From Octopus bimaculoides (taxonomy: Eukaryota), in assembly GCF_001194135.2 (NCBI RefSeq), contig NC_068984.1, forward strand, positions 64,885,013 to 64,949,012: a DNA stretch of 64,000 nt. The letters run 5' to 3'. Below, piece by piece: positions 26,190 through 38,259 of the stretch (positions within the stretch are counted from its first letter, which is position 1; each line of letters starts with the position of its first letter). The position numbers and the translations under genes are program-made. The notes under the pieces are model-generated. The model had not been told where the DNA came from. It ran no database searches and saw nothing but the letters and a program-made list of their open reading frames with translations.

Positions 26190-26600
26190 AAGGAAAAGAT
26201 CAGCAATTTTTTTTCACTTTCTCATATTAAACCCTCCACCTTAAAATATGAAGGATGCATTTAATGATGTAGTTTCAGATATACTTTGAAATAAACTGAG
26301 AAGGTGATGGCTGGAAGGTGATGATCTTTGATCATATGCCTGCTCAGTCAAGACTAGCTTGGAGTTAAACTACAAAAACTAAATCAAATTATTTTGAGTC
26401 AATAAGAGTACCTCTACATGGTTACTCAACTTGCCAAATGTAGCAGGCAATGCTTCCTCAAATCACCCCTACTGTCTTTAAAAAGGGCACATTAGACAAT
26501 CAAGATATACAAAAAGACAGGATTGTCATGTCTGAAGTGCCGTTGATCATGAAGTGCTTTTCACAATCATGACTGATTTAGTGTCTTGTAAAGGAGAATA
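26190..26600. repeat. Unclassified interspersed repeat (family E); related segments at about 6640-6960, 28200-28340 and 62920-63120
   Basis: Shared degenerate segments such as ggttactc(a/g)ac, gatcat, ggctg and gcttcttcattgacttgt. Seen by eye only. Confidence 0.4.
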
Positions 26601-26624
26601 AAAACAACTCTAACAAACTCAGGT

Positions 26625-26820
26625 GAGAGTCACAATGGAGTACTGCTCCCACACTTTGGAGAATAATGCTGCTCTGTACACAGACATAGTGAATAACATC
26701 TAAAGAAAGGCATTTGAATTATAGGTATGAAGCTATCCACAGACACACTCCAAAACAGAGACATGCTGTCTTTTTCCTCTTGCCTTTTCTACCACTACTG
26801 CAATGGCCTACTAAAATAAC
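26625..26820 (+). mobile_element. CR1/L2-like LINE RT C-terminal remnant
   Basis: QVRVTMEYCSH...I*RKA resembles VRP-x-MEYCS...IQRKA. Confidence 0.5.
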
Positions 26821-27354
26821 TTTGAAACATCAGATACTTCCTGTTTATAATACATTCCATTTTATTATTTTAGAAACAAGCTTTAACCAGTTTATTTATT
26901 TACCATCATAATTAAATTGCATTCAGGTTACCTACTGAAGCAATTTTCTTTCTAAATTCTTGGAGGTTCAATTATTCATGGTATTATCTTTTTATCTGTA
27001 TCTTTGAAAACTGTAAAGCTTTTACAAATAAGATTACACGGTATAGTTTTTATATATCACTTTAAATTAAAATAGAAATAATTAAATAAACTTGACACTA
27101 CTGGGACATATAGGTATAAAATATACACAATCATATGTACACACACATGTATTTACACGAACATACTTTCTTTTTCTGTTTTACATTAATTTGATGTATT
27201 TCTATGAATAGTATAGGTTTTACTTAGGCAAGTGTTTTTGCAGTTAGATGCTCTTCCCTTGACAAACCAAACAACTGAAAAGTGTGAAAGTAACATCTTT
27301 TAAATCAGTTCAAATAAAACTATCAGGGCTATGTGTAGTGCTCAGATTAATCCT

Positions 27355-27500
27355 TTCTAATATAGGCACAAGACCTGAAATTGGGGGGAAGGGGGCCAGT
27401 TGACTACATCGACCCCAGCATTTCACTGGTACTTAATTTACCAGCGTTTCACTGATACTTAAGGATGAAAGGCAAAGTCAACCTCAGCGGGGTGCTCAGA
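27355..27500 (-). mobile_element. SINE family A, partial
   Basis: ggcacaagacctgaaatt...ggatgaaaggcaaagtcaacctc. Confidence 0.7.
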
Positions 27501-29137
27501 ATAATGAGTAAATAATGGTCAGGATAAAACTCATGGCCATGCAGCCACTGATCCAACACCTTTTCTTCAGGGAAATGAATTTTGCCACTACACCTTGTAC
27601 AATTATTTCAGAGGAGAATACCTAAACCGTTACATGTGTCTCTGAAATAGAGGGTTAGTGTAACATGCTAAAGATAATATGGTTGATGTTCAGTTTGTTC
27701 TGATACTGATTTGTATTTGGTACACATTCACAGACAAGGCAAGATACATTTATGATAAGAGAGGATCAATAGTCACAAAAACAATGTTGTTTAAAAGATT
27801 ATTTGATATGTAGGTTTGTTTTATCTTCTGCTTTTTGTGTTTTCCTTTTAAATATGATAAATTGATAACAATGTTAATGATTTATAGTTGGAAACAATAT
27901 TTGAGTCTAACTAGAAAGCATATGCATTTCCATAGGCCCAACGTTATGCTACTCAGTAACATCATCTTACGATGTGCTGATGCTCTGTTACTTTAAACTC
28001 ATGATGAAAGTAAATGTCTCTCAGACTGACAACTATATATTAGATTATATACCAAAACTTAATAATCATTAAAATATACTCAAGACAGTCCTTCTTTGAA
28101 TCAGAAAAAAAGAAGTTACCAGTGAAACATGATGCATCTTTGGTATTTCTTTATACAGAATCGACTTCAGTATTTTAGTTGTTAATGATGTAGTTTACCT
28201 CCAGGTTAGCCCTGATCAAATGTTTCAGCCATAATTATCCCATCTTCTTAGGTAGCAGATAAGATTTAAAAAGTAAGATTTGGCTGATATTTCTACAAGA
28301 CAGCGACCTTATAGGGGCTCCTTCATTGACTTGTCAAAATTGTAGTCTCTACCATATGCTTACATAGGATTCCAGCTAGTCTGTGGTTTTTAGTTGAAAG
28401 CTTTTGGTATATGTGTTGTGGCGCACAAACACATAAATATAAATATATATTCAGAAAAATTGTCCTTGAACTGTATGCTTAAAAGAAATAATGGCATGAA
28501 AGCAGTAAGATGGCCTATTCCATAGAAAGGAAACCTTATAATTTATCAAAAATACCGGGAAGGTATTCTTTATAATTTCATATCACATTAACTCTGTATT
28601 TTGATGAAATATAAAAGAACAAAGTTAATTATCTCTATTAAACATTCACACTTTCATAGAAATGAAAAAAATGTGCTTCTAAGATATCTCAAGCACTGCT
28701 AGAATCACTATATAAAGTTTATTATTGAATTTGGTACAGCTGGTTCNNNNNNNNNNNNNNNNNNNNNNCCCCCATGCTTTCTGCATTTGACAGCCAGCTG
28801 ACTAAAAGTAATGATATTTTGTTTTGTTTATTGATACCATAATCTGCTTGAAACAATGATTAAAATTAGAAGAAAAGCAACAATATTTTAGATTACAGAC
28901 AGAAGTGTTAAACACTGCACTCTGACAGGCAGTTCTGCACAGTAACATTCGCTTTTAGTCTTGAAGTGAAGAAAACTTTTTTTTTTTTTTTCAACAATGC
29001 CTGAATAACTGAAAGATTAGAAAATAATGTAAACAACATGCAGCAATAAAGGAATGATTGAAATTTGTAAATTTAATTTTCCATTTTTTAGGGTTTTTTT
29101 TTTCTTCTTTTTGTTCTATTATAAACTGAATTCTCAC

Positions 29138-29370
29138 CTGTAGATGGTGTAGTTCTTGAGTCTGCGGTTGTCTGGTGCTCAGTAAAAAATGTGTATTTGG
29201 CTGCAAAACCCTGTCTTTCATCTTTATCATCTGAGTAGAAATCAATATACATGTAGCGCCCACTAGATTTTACAACTTGGGTGTTGTGGACATCACAAAA
29301 AATTCCGATAACATTGGCTGATTTGTCGATACCATCATGTACAAGAATGGCATCATAACTTTCATCACAA
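29138..29370 (-). CDS. Internal coding exon: C-terminal half of a CUB domain followed by Thr/Ser-rich linker (CDESYDAILVHDGIDKSANVIGIFCDVHNTQVVKSSGRYMYIDFYSDDKDERQGFAAKYTFFTEHQTTADSRTTPST)
   Basis: Polypyrimidine acceptor tttttctttctaattacag| at 29371 and donor ACAG|gtgaga at 29137. 233 nt = 1 + 77 codons + 1 (phase 2 in, phase 1 out), no stops. CUB hallmarks C-x3-YD-x-I-x-V-x-DG, G-x-FC, S-x-G-x2-M-x-I-x-F-x-SD, GF-x-A-x-Y. Confidence 0.88.
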
Positions 29371-30380
29371 CTGTAATTAGAAAGAAAAATAAAAAAACAT
29401 ATTAAAATAAGGAAAAGCAAAATATTTCACATCATCATTATCATCAACACCATCCTCATTATCATTACTTTATACCTACATTTCCATGCTGGCATGCATG
29501 AGATGGATCATTAGAGCCCAAGTAATTCCATATTCAGAGTTCCTGTCCCTATACTATGGTTTGTGCTGTTCAAGATCTAAATCCAGCAGGCAATGTTGCA
29601 AAACCTAATGCAGAAAACATAGTGGTTCAGTCTCACTGTATGGTACCTTGGACAAGCACCTTCTACCATAATCTTAGGTTGATCAAAGACTTGCAAAAAG
29701 ATTTCGTAGAGTAGAACTGATAGAACCTGTCCTATATATATATATATATATATATATATNNNNNNNNNNNNNNNNNNNNNNNNNNNNNNNNNNNNNNNNN
29801 NNNNNNNNNNNNNNNNNNNNNNNNNNNNNNNNNNNNNNNNNNNNNNNNNNNNNNNNNNNNNNNNNNNNNNNNNNNNNNNNNNNNNNNNNNNNNNNNNNNN
29901 NNNNNNNNNNNNNNNNNNNNNNNNNNNNNNNNNNNNNNNNNNNNNNNNNNNNNNNNNNNNNNNNNNNNNNNNNNNNNNNNNNNNNNNNNNNNNNNNNNNN
30001 NNNNNNNNNNNNNNNNNNNNNNNNNNNNNNNNNNNNNNNNNNNNNNNNNNNNNNNNNNNNNNNNNNNNNNNNNNNNNNNNNNNNNNNNNNNNNNNNNNNN
30101 NNNNNNNNNNNNNNNNNNNNNNNNNNNNNNNNNNNNNNNNNNNNNNNNNNNNNNNNNNNNNNNNNNNNNNNNNNNNNNNNNNNNNNNNNNNNNNNNNNNN
30201 NNNNNNNNNNNNNNNNNNNNNNNNNNNNNNNNNNNNNNNNNNNNNNNNNNNNNNNNNNNNNNNNNNNNNNNNNNNNNNNNNNNNNNNNNNNNNNNNNNNN
30301 NNNNNNNNNNNNNNNNNNNNNNNNNNNNNNNNNNNNNNNNNNNNNNNNNNNNNNNNNNNNNNNNNNNNNNNNNNNNNNNN

Positions 30381-30431
<51 letters not shown>

Positions 30432-30799
30432 AACATACATATATACATACATACATACAAACATACATATATACATACATACATACAAACATACTTTATA
30501 TATGTAATATCATCATCATCATCATCGTTTAACGTCTGCTTTCCATGCTAGCATGGGTTGGACACATGTATATTTATACAAACATGTGTGTGTTTGTGTG
30601 TGCATATGTACATGTAAATACCTAAGAGTTTGTAAGAATTTGTGCTTCTTTGAAAGTAGATGAGCAGCAAGCGGTGACAACATTGCCATTCTCCCTATCA
30701 ACATATCATTCTCTGGCTTTATGTCTTCAATGAAGTCTGTGACAAGATATGCCTTACTTGAAAATCATGGCATAACAACAGGAGTAGTAACAATAGTGA

Positions 30800-31015
30800 T
30801 TTCATATTTTGGCACAAGACCAGCAATTTTGGGGTAGGGAGTAAATTGATTACATTGACCCTGGAGTTCAACTGATACTTATTTTATCAATTCCTTAAGA
30901 ATGAAAGGTAAAGTCGACTTTGGCAGAATTTGAACTCAGAACGCAGAAAGATGGACCAAATGTCACAAAGCATTTTGCCCATTGTGTTAATGTTTCTGGT
31001 AGCTCTCTGCCCAAC
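30800..31015 (-). mobile_element. SINE family A
   Basis: tttggcacaagaccagcaatttt...gaaaggtaaagtcgactttggcagaatttgaactcagaac. Confidence 0.8.
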
Positions 31016-33251
31016 AACAATGCCACTGTAATATATTCATCAAACCCATGCTGACAAACATATATGTGTGTTTATGTAGATATATGAGTGTATGTGTGTA
31101 TCATCATTTGATGTTCATTTTCCATGCTAGCATGGGTTGGACAGTTTAACAGGAACTGGCAAGTCAAGAGGACTGTGCCAAGCTCTATTGTCTGCTTTGG
31201 CATGGTTTCTATGGCTGGATACCTTTTGTAACACCAGCAACTTTTACAGAGTGTACTGGGCACTTTTCACATGACACTGACAAAATCTTTTGCTCAACTG
31301 GGGAGTGAGGTAGTATTGAAGGAAGTGGCTTTGTGCCAGTGGATGAGGGGTTGAAAAGTACAATAAAGAGATAGAAATAGGTTTTTGCTGTAAATGAGAT
31401 ACATGGATACCCCAGTTAGAAAATAAAAGAGAGAGAGAGAGTGCAAGAGATTGTGGAGATATACTAGAGCGTGTATCTGTATTTGTTTGTTCACCAAATC
31501 TCATTGATGAAATATNNNNNNNNNNNNNNNNNNNNNNNNNNNNNNNNNNNNNNNNNNNNNNNNNNNNNNNNNNNNNNNNNNNNNNNNNNNNNNNNNNNNN
31601 NNNNNNNNNNNNNNNNNNNNNNNNNNNNNNNNNNNNNNNNNNNNNNNNNNNNNNNNNNNNNNNNNNNNNNNNNNNNNNNNNNNNNNNNNNNNNNNNNNAT
31701 GGTGGAGATATATGAGAGTCTGTATCTGTATTTGTTCCCAGATTTTACTGATGAAGCATTGGTCAACTTGAGTCTATGGCAGAAAATACTTTCCTACAGT
31801 GCTACACAATGGAATTGAATCAGAACCACATGGTTGTAAAGTAAATTTGTTAGCCATGCACTGAAGTAGCTGAAGAAGGTATTTATAGTAAGGTATGTCA
31901 GGCTGAGATATACTATAAATAGTATGGTAATAATAATGTGCAGAGTTGGTAAAAAGGCAAAATAAATAAATAAATAAATAAAAAATAAATCAGCATCTTT
32001 TTAAAGAATTCCTAATGGATATTGGCAATGCATTCCATATTTTGGAATCATTTATATACTTCTTTTTCCCGTGATTATTGTTAACTGGTACTGAATAATG
32101 ATGGGCACTAATACTGCAAGAACATTGGAAGAGATCAATAAAATCAGAGAAAGAGAGAGGGGGGGGGAAGCCACAATATTACTGTCTTTGTAGATGAAGG
32201 CCTGAGTTTTCCACAATTACACACTCCTATATTGGTAGTCAATATAGATTGACTAATGTAGAAGATGTGAGAACTCTGTGAAAGGGAATACTATCAAAAA
32301 CACAAGTGCAATTGTTGTTTTTTTAATTTCCCTGAGTTCTTTCAATCTCAAGAGGAAGATGGGGAAAATTAAAGAGACACATGAGATAATTTTGGAAATG
32401 AAAGCTCTGAACTTTGGTTGTATGAACTGTAAGAAATTTCCGGATTTTTTGGAGAGGGACTGATAAGTGATTGATTTCTGGTTCATATGCAGGCTAATTG
32501 TTAACAACATTTCTAATTTAACACTAAGGCTTTTGACCTTATGAAAGAGAGTTTATTTGAAATAGTCCAGTTGAATGATATGACTTTTTCATTTATTAAT
32601 TTTGTTTTACATTTAACTTGACTGTAGTTTTGCAACAGGTTAGGTGACAAAATAATTTAATCCAAACACTAATTCGCTTTTTTAAGATTCTTTATCATTT
32701 TTAAAAGAGTATGAAAGTGTAGATTCAAAAATTTGTCCTTGAAAGTGAAAGGGAGATATCCCTATTCAATTTCTGCAGGGTTATAATGTTTTAATGTAAT
32801 TAACATTTGGTTTAATATTGTCTAAGATAACTTGAATAAATTTTATATGGAGGATTAATTAATTGAAAATAAAATCAATTTAATAATCATAGATAGGAAT
32901 AGATTTTGAGATTCTAAAATATATATAAAAAATGCAAAAAATAAAACAATCTACACTGAACAGTAATTATATATAGACAATATATTTTAAGAGTCAGAAC
33001 CACAATATTAGGGAAACATTTCAGTTCGTATCAACAAACTCATGGACACTGGTTTGAAGTATCATCATCAAGGAAATGGGTATGTGCATTAGTAAGAAAT
33101 CAATAATATAGACTGGATTACATGTTTTGTTGTCATGTAAGAGTATTTTATACTGAAGTTTAAATATTTAATGTTGATAGACAAGAAATAGGAAATAGTC
33201 AGTGTAAGAACATATTCTCATCTCTTGCACACAAACACCAAAATATACACA

Positions 33252-33285
<34 letters not shown>

Positions 33286-33309
33286 TAAGATCAGACTTTA
33301 TGACTTCAC

Positions 33310-33910
33310 TTTATCTCATGTCTTCTTAGGTCCTCATTTTCTTCAAAGGCTGCATCTACTTCAAATACTTGGCACTGACATCCTTCACATGCATCACACA
33401 ATTGCAATAGGGCAGTCTTCTCTCTCACATACTACATCTGATTCCTCTTCTATAGAGCTTTTCTCTTAAATAATTTATGGATGACATATCCTGTAGAGCA
33501 TGCTTGATTCCCTTTTTTTTCTGGCATTCATAAATCTCCTGCTTCCAAGGTCTGTATGTTGCTATCATACAGCTTTGCACTTCAAACATAAAAAAATCAT
33601 GCATTCTGCTCAATTACTTAAAAAAAAGGAAAAATACCCTTTGTGAACATCCTATTCTTATTCTGGATTCAATGTTTGGAACATCCACCTTCTTTGCTAA
33701 TAAGATCATACAAGCAACAAAAGATATCAACTACTTCTTAGGAATTTTCCAAGTATTTGAGCAATTGTTTTATGTCACAAATTACAAACATGCATCTGTC
33801 TCATACAAAGTTTAACTTCTCTGCTAATCTTTCTACAATCCTCCAACAGCACTTGTATACACATAATAATTTATCCAGTGTATACCAGAATCTTGTCTGC
33901 TTTCCTACTT
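33310..33910 (-). mobile_element. Decayed RTE-clade LINE, RT C-terminal part
   Basis: EVVDIFCCLYDLISKEGGCS and LREKLYRRGIRCSM*ERRL match RTE thumb-region motifs (EVVD-x-FCYLGD...GGC; LR-x-KL...ERRLRW). Confidence 0.7.
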
Positions 33911-34079
33911 TAGCATATATATATATATATANNNNNNNNNNNNNNNNNNNNNNNNNNNNNNNNNNNNNNNNNNNNNNNNNNNNNNNNNNNNNNNNTATAT
34001 ATTAATCAAAGTGTACAGTATTGTATATATCTATTACAGCTGATCTTAGCAATTGGTTTCACACAAGGGGTTCAATGGA

Positions 34080-34965
34080 GTGTTAGGTAAACAGTCCAAT
34101 TATGCAACCATGTGTTCCTCAGAGGCAGCCATTATGGAATGAAATATGGTGACTGCTCTCTATTGTTGGGGGTGAATAGACACATCCAGTTAGTGGTTGC
34201 TGTGAAAATGATGATGAAACAAATCAAGCATGAGATTAATGTATATTCTTCTTTTAAACAAGAATATTATTGACAGTGACTGTAAGGTTTCAGCCATTTA
34301 AGCCATCATTGGACTGTGAGACACTGAAGTTAATTCTAGCTTTATATAGTCTCTATTGCGTTAAAATCTATCTAGGTTTGAGGAAAGTGGAAATTAGGTT
34401 TTAGGATAGGTTGTTATGAAGAGGTGCTTTGAAGAAATGTTTATTGATTAAACTTGGGGTTATATTATTGGTTAGAATTTATTTATGTATGTTGAACTTT
34501 GTAAGCAGGTGTGAATATTTAGATGTAACCCTTTTGGTAGGTAGGTACAGGATATGTCAGTAATTTTTACTTATTTTTGCCTTTATTAGATTCAATCCTT
34601 TGCTTTGACAACGTAAAGGTCAAGAGTTTAAAGTTTAGTCCAGTATTTCAGAACTTAAAATTTTTATACAAAATAGTTTTTAGAGATTCACAAAAGAATG
34701 TAAGTAGGTGATACGTTTGAGTGGGTCAGTTTCTGTACTTGTTGTTGATATTATTTAGGGTATTTCCAGTTTTTATTTGGAGAGTAGGGGTTATTAGTTG
34801 GGTATATCATAATGCTGCTGATATAGAAATAGTAGTTGATGTTGTGTTTGCAGTTATGTTTGAACTGTATACAATATTTCTGGAGAGAGTTTCCTTCTAG
34901 AGGGCAGGTTGAAGGTGTTCACCAATTTCAATTGCTATTTTGTGAGTGGTTAAGCTTTTCATTCC
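34080..34965 (-). mobile_element. Decayed Penelope-like element 3' part (GIY-YIG endonuclease region and terminal repeat)
   Basis: Minus-strand frameshifted CPLEGNSLQK/IVYSSNIT resembles the CPL-x-G-x-C...VVY motif preceding the PLE GIY-YIG domain. A hammerhead-like motif follows downstream, as expected for PLE terminal repeats. Confidence 0.55.
34273..34317 (-). ncRNA. Minimal hammerhead ribozyme remnant in the Penelope-like terminal repeat
   Basis: ACAGU-CCAAUGA-U-GGCU(UAAAU)GGCU-GAAAC-CUUACA-GUC-ACUGU: perfect 5-bp stem I, GUC triplet, core mutated. Confidence 0.6.
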
Positions 34966-35119
34966 TATATATATATAAACTATACACACATATATATATA
35001 TACACACACATATATAACTATATATGCACACACACAGAATTTATATCCAGTTAAACAAAGAAAAGAAAATGGAGATAAGGAAGTTAATTATTTATTATTA
35101 ACAAATTGGTCATCTTCGC

Positions 35120-35215
35120 TTCTTACAGCCGTTTCAATTAATACTCAATAATTTAATTACGAATTTGTACATTAAATTTGCATTTATATGATATGAGCAT
35201 AATTTCATTGGAGAA
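35120..35215 (-). ncRNA. Opposite-polarity hammerhead ribozyme copy, core degenerate (CCAAUGA)
   Basis: Minus strand reads UUCU-CCAAUGA-AAUUAUGCUCA...UGAGUAUUAAUU-GAAAC-GGCU-GUA-AGAA. Perfect 4-bp stem I, but G5 is lost (consistent with CpG decay). Confidence 0.6.
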
Positions 35216-35304
35216 AAAAAAAGCGATGTAACTTCGGATGTTACATGTGGACCTATCCACATATAACAAAGGTCTACATAACATCCCAAGGTACATTTCT
35301 TTTT

Positions 35305-35400
35305 TTCCTCTGATGAAGTAATGCTCATGTCACAAATGCAAATTTAATGTAGAAAGTTGGAATTAAATTATTGAGTATTAATTGAAACAGCTGTAAGAAT
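35305..35400 (+). ncRNA. Type I hammerhead ribozyme fold with intact core and extended stem II
   Basis: CUGAUGA 35310-35316. Stem II AG-UAAUGCUCA / UGAGUAUUA-A-UU with nested AUUUAAU/AUUAAAU hairpin. GAAA 35384-35387. Palindromic stem III ACAGCUGU. GUA cleavage triplet 35393-35395. Stem I UCCU/AGAA has one mismatch. Confidence 0.7.
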
Positions 35401-35419
35401 CGAAGACGACCATAGTCAT

Positions 35420-35770
35420 CATCATTGTTAATAGTCTCCCTTCAGTGCTAGCTTGGGTGGGATGGTTTCACAAGAGCTGGCCAGGCAGAAGCCTGCACCA
35501 GACTTCTGTGACTGTTTTGGCAGGATTTTTACAGTTGAATGCCCTTCCTAACACCGACCACTCAGTAGAGTAGACTTAATGCTTTTTACGTAACACAAGC
35601 ACAGGCAGGTTCAATAATACTTTTTATATGACACAAGCACAGGTGAGGTCAGTTTTGGCAAGGTTTTTACGGCTGGATGCCCTTCCAAACACCAACCACT
35701 TTACACTGTGGATTGGATGCTTTTAAATGGCACCTACATTGAAAAGGTCACCAAATACTTCCAAGACAAA
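35420..35770 (-). mobile_element. Family D copy with duplicated core
   Basis: ttttacagttgaatgcccttcctaacacc and ttttacggctggatgcccttccaaacacc occur in tandem. Confidence 0.7.
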
Positions 35771-37199
35771 AAAAAATTTGAAGAGGGGAGGGGCATTGCA
35801 GGAGGTGATCTTGTGTTGGATGATTAAAGGTTATTGTGAGACAGATACAGGTATCTTGCTGTAGAGGGAGTACAAGTTTACGATAATTGTTAACTTACAA
35901 TAATTGTTAATCTCCATTTTTTCCTTCTTTTAAATATTATATGCATAATATATACTTACTGTTTAAAGGGAATTTCCTTCCCCAGCAATAATAGGTATTG
36001 AACTAGTATTTCTTTGGATGCAACCATCCCTTCAAAAGGTTAACATATCCTCTAATCAAATNNNNNNNNNNNNNNNNNNNNNNNNNNNNNNNNNNNNNNN
36101 NNNNNNNNNNNNNNNNNNNNNNNNNNNNNNNNNNNNNNNNNNNNNNNNNNNNNNNNNNNNNNNNNNNNNNNNNNNNNNNNNNNNNNNNNNNNNNNNNNNN
36201 NNNNNNNNNNNNNNNNNNNNNNNNNNNNNNNNNNNNNNNNNNNNNNNNNNNNNNNNNNNNNNNNNNNNNNNNNNNNNNNNNNNNNNNNNNNNNNNNNNNN
36301 NNNNNNNNNNNNNNNNNNNNNNNNNNNNNNNNNNNNNNNNNNNNNNNNNNNNNNNNNNNNNNNNNNNNNNNNNNNNNNNNNNNNNNNNNNNNNNNNNNNN
36401 NNNNNNNNNNNNNNNNNNNNNNNNNNNNNNNNNNNNNNNNNNNNNNNNNNNNNNNNNNNNNNNNNNNNNNNNNNNNNNNNNNNNNNNNNNNNNNNNNNNN
36501 NNNNNNNNNNNNNNNNNNNNNNNNNNNNNNNNNGGAACTAATGGAATTTTATTTTATGATTGTTCCATGCAAAATAGAAAATAATTTGAAACTGATTTCA
36601 ATACAATGTAAAGTGAGTGATTTGATCATAAGGGAAGAAGACAACCCTTTCTGACAATATTTACTTATAGTTTCCTTGAAGAATAATTTCCTATTTTCTG
36701 TAGAAATTAATCCTAGCATATAAATGAAAATCAAAATATAGAAATACAATGTGTGTGTGTGTGTGTGTTTATATATGTGTGTGAACAGATGGCCAACTGG
36801 AAGAGTCACTGGAGCATTGGATAGATTGCTTTGCTGTAATTGTTTCAGCTCCTTGTGCTCTTAGCCCAAATCCTGGTGAGATCAGCAGTGCCTTTCCTCC
36901 TTTTAGAGTCAATAAATAAATTGGCAGTCCTATACTGGAGTCAGTTCTTTTTGTTCTCTCTTTCTTTTTGTATGTCTCATTCTCTCCTTTAAGAAGAAAA
37001 TGATTATGATCAGACCTGAAGAAGGAAGGGCTCCACCAGGTCTAAACTGTCTAAGATATGTTGTATGCTATGACAGTGTTTCTATAAATCCTGTAAGAAG
37101 TTATATATAGGTATATGTGTATGTATAAATAAATAAGCACATACACATAAACTAATATAAATCTCTCTCACTCTTTCTCTCTGTATGTATGAATATATG

Positions 37200-37418
37200 T
37201 AAGGTAGCAAGCTGTCAGAATTATTAGCATGCTGGATAAAATGCTTAGTGGCATTTTATCTGTTTTTATATTTTGAGTTCAAACTCTATCAAGGTCGACT
37301 TTGCTTTTTATTCATTAGGGAGTCAATAAAATAAGTGCCAGTAGAGCACTAGGGTCGATGTAATCAACTTACCCACTCCTCCCAAATTACTGATCTTATG
37401 CCAAAATTTGAAACCATT
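37200..37418 (+). mobile_element. SINE family A
   Basis: agcaagctgtcagaattattagc...gagttcaaact...gtcgactttgc...ccaaaatttgaaacc. Confidence 0.8.
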
Positions 37419-38205
37419 ATGTCTGTATGTATGTATGTATGTACATATACACACAGTGGCATGAAGCAAAAAAATATTGAAGAAAGACAGAAACAAATTC
37501 TTTATTTTTATGCCATAACAACCACATGAGAGAAAGAGAGAGAAAGAGTGAAGTGGGGGAAAAGCATAAATTACCATTAGCACATAGTTCTAATATGAGA
37601 CTTAACTGTGACTTCCACTTTTTTACCACATGAGGAAGTTGCTTACCACCAGTGAATTCTTTATATAGGAAACCTGTTGAAGAGTTTCATTTCTTGGAAG
37701 ACTCCCACATGAGTGGAGAACATTGACTAAGCAGGGAGGCAATCTATGAACAACTGATGTACCAACACAATTTCTTTGCTTGTTGTTTGTTTTTCTAAGC
37801 TTTGACTAAAGCATATTAATATTGAAATATCAATTTGTTGCTACAGATCAATTTATTGGGAAGATGGGTTTGCTAAATTGTGTTAACTGAACTGGTACTG
37901 CATGGATTTCTTTCATCCATAGACATATGCATTCAGATACAATTGATCAGTACCACATGTATATATATAAATGCATATTGATATACACACGCAGATACAT
38001 TTATTAATGTATGTAACATAAAGATTGACATAAATTGCAGAAAACATTTTCCAAAGAAGGAAATATTTTCCCTTATAAGAAATGGAATGAAAAAATAATT
38101 TCATAGAAATAATTATCATTTTCTAAAGAGATATATATACTTTAATGAAAACATTTTGCTGTTATATTTTCATGTACAAAGAAAACTTAATGATGTTGAG
38201 AGTAA

Positions 38206-38249
<44 letters not shown>

Positions 38250-38259
38250 ATAATAATAA

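Larger units (their letters stand above)
35107..35412. mobile_element. 306-bp foldback (palindromic) element, probably derived from an inverted pair of Penelope-like terminal repeats
   Basis: Arms 35107-35254 and 35270-35412 are reverse complements along their whole length (roughly 85% by eye), with a 15-nt central loop atccacatataacaa. Confidence 0.85.

Noticed and set aside
5258-36584. Long ORFs of 115-348 aa spanning X runs
   Set aside because: They are open only because they cross N-gaps.
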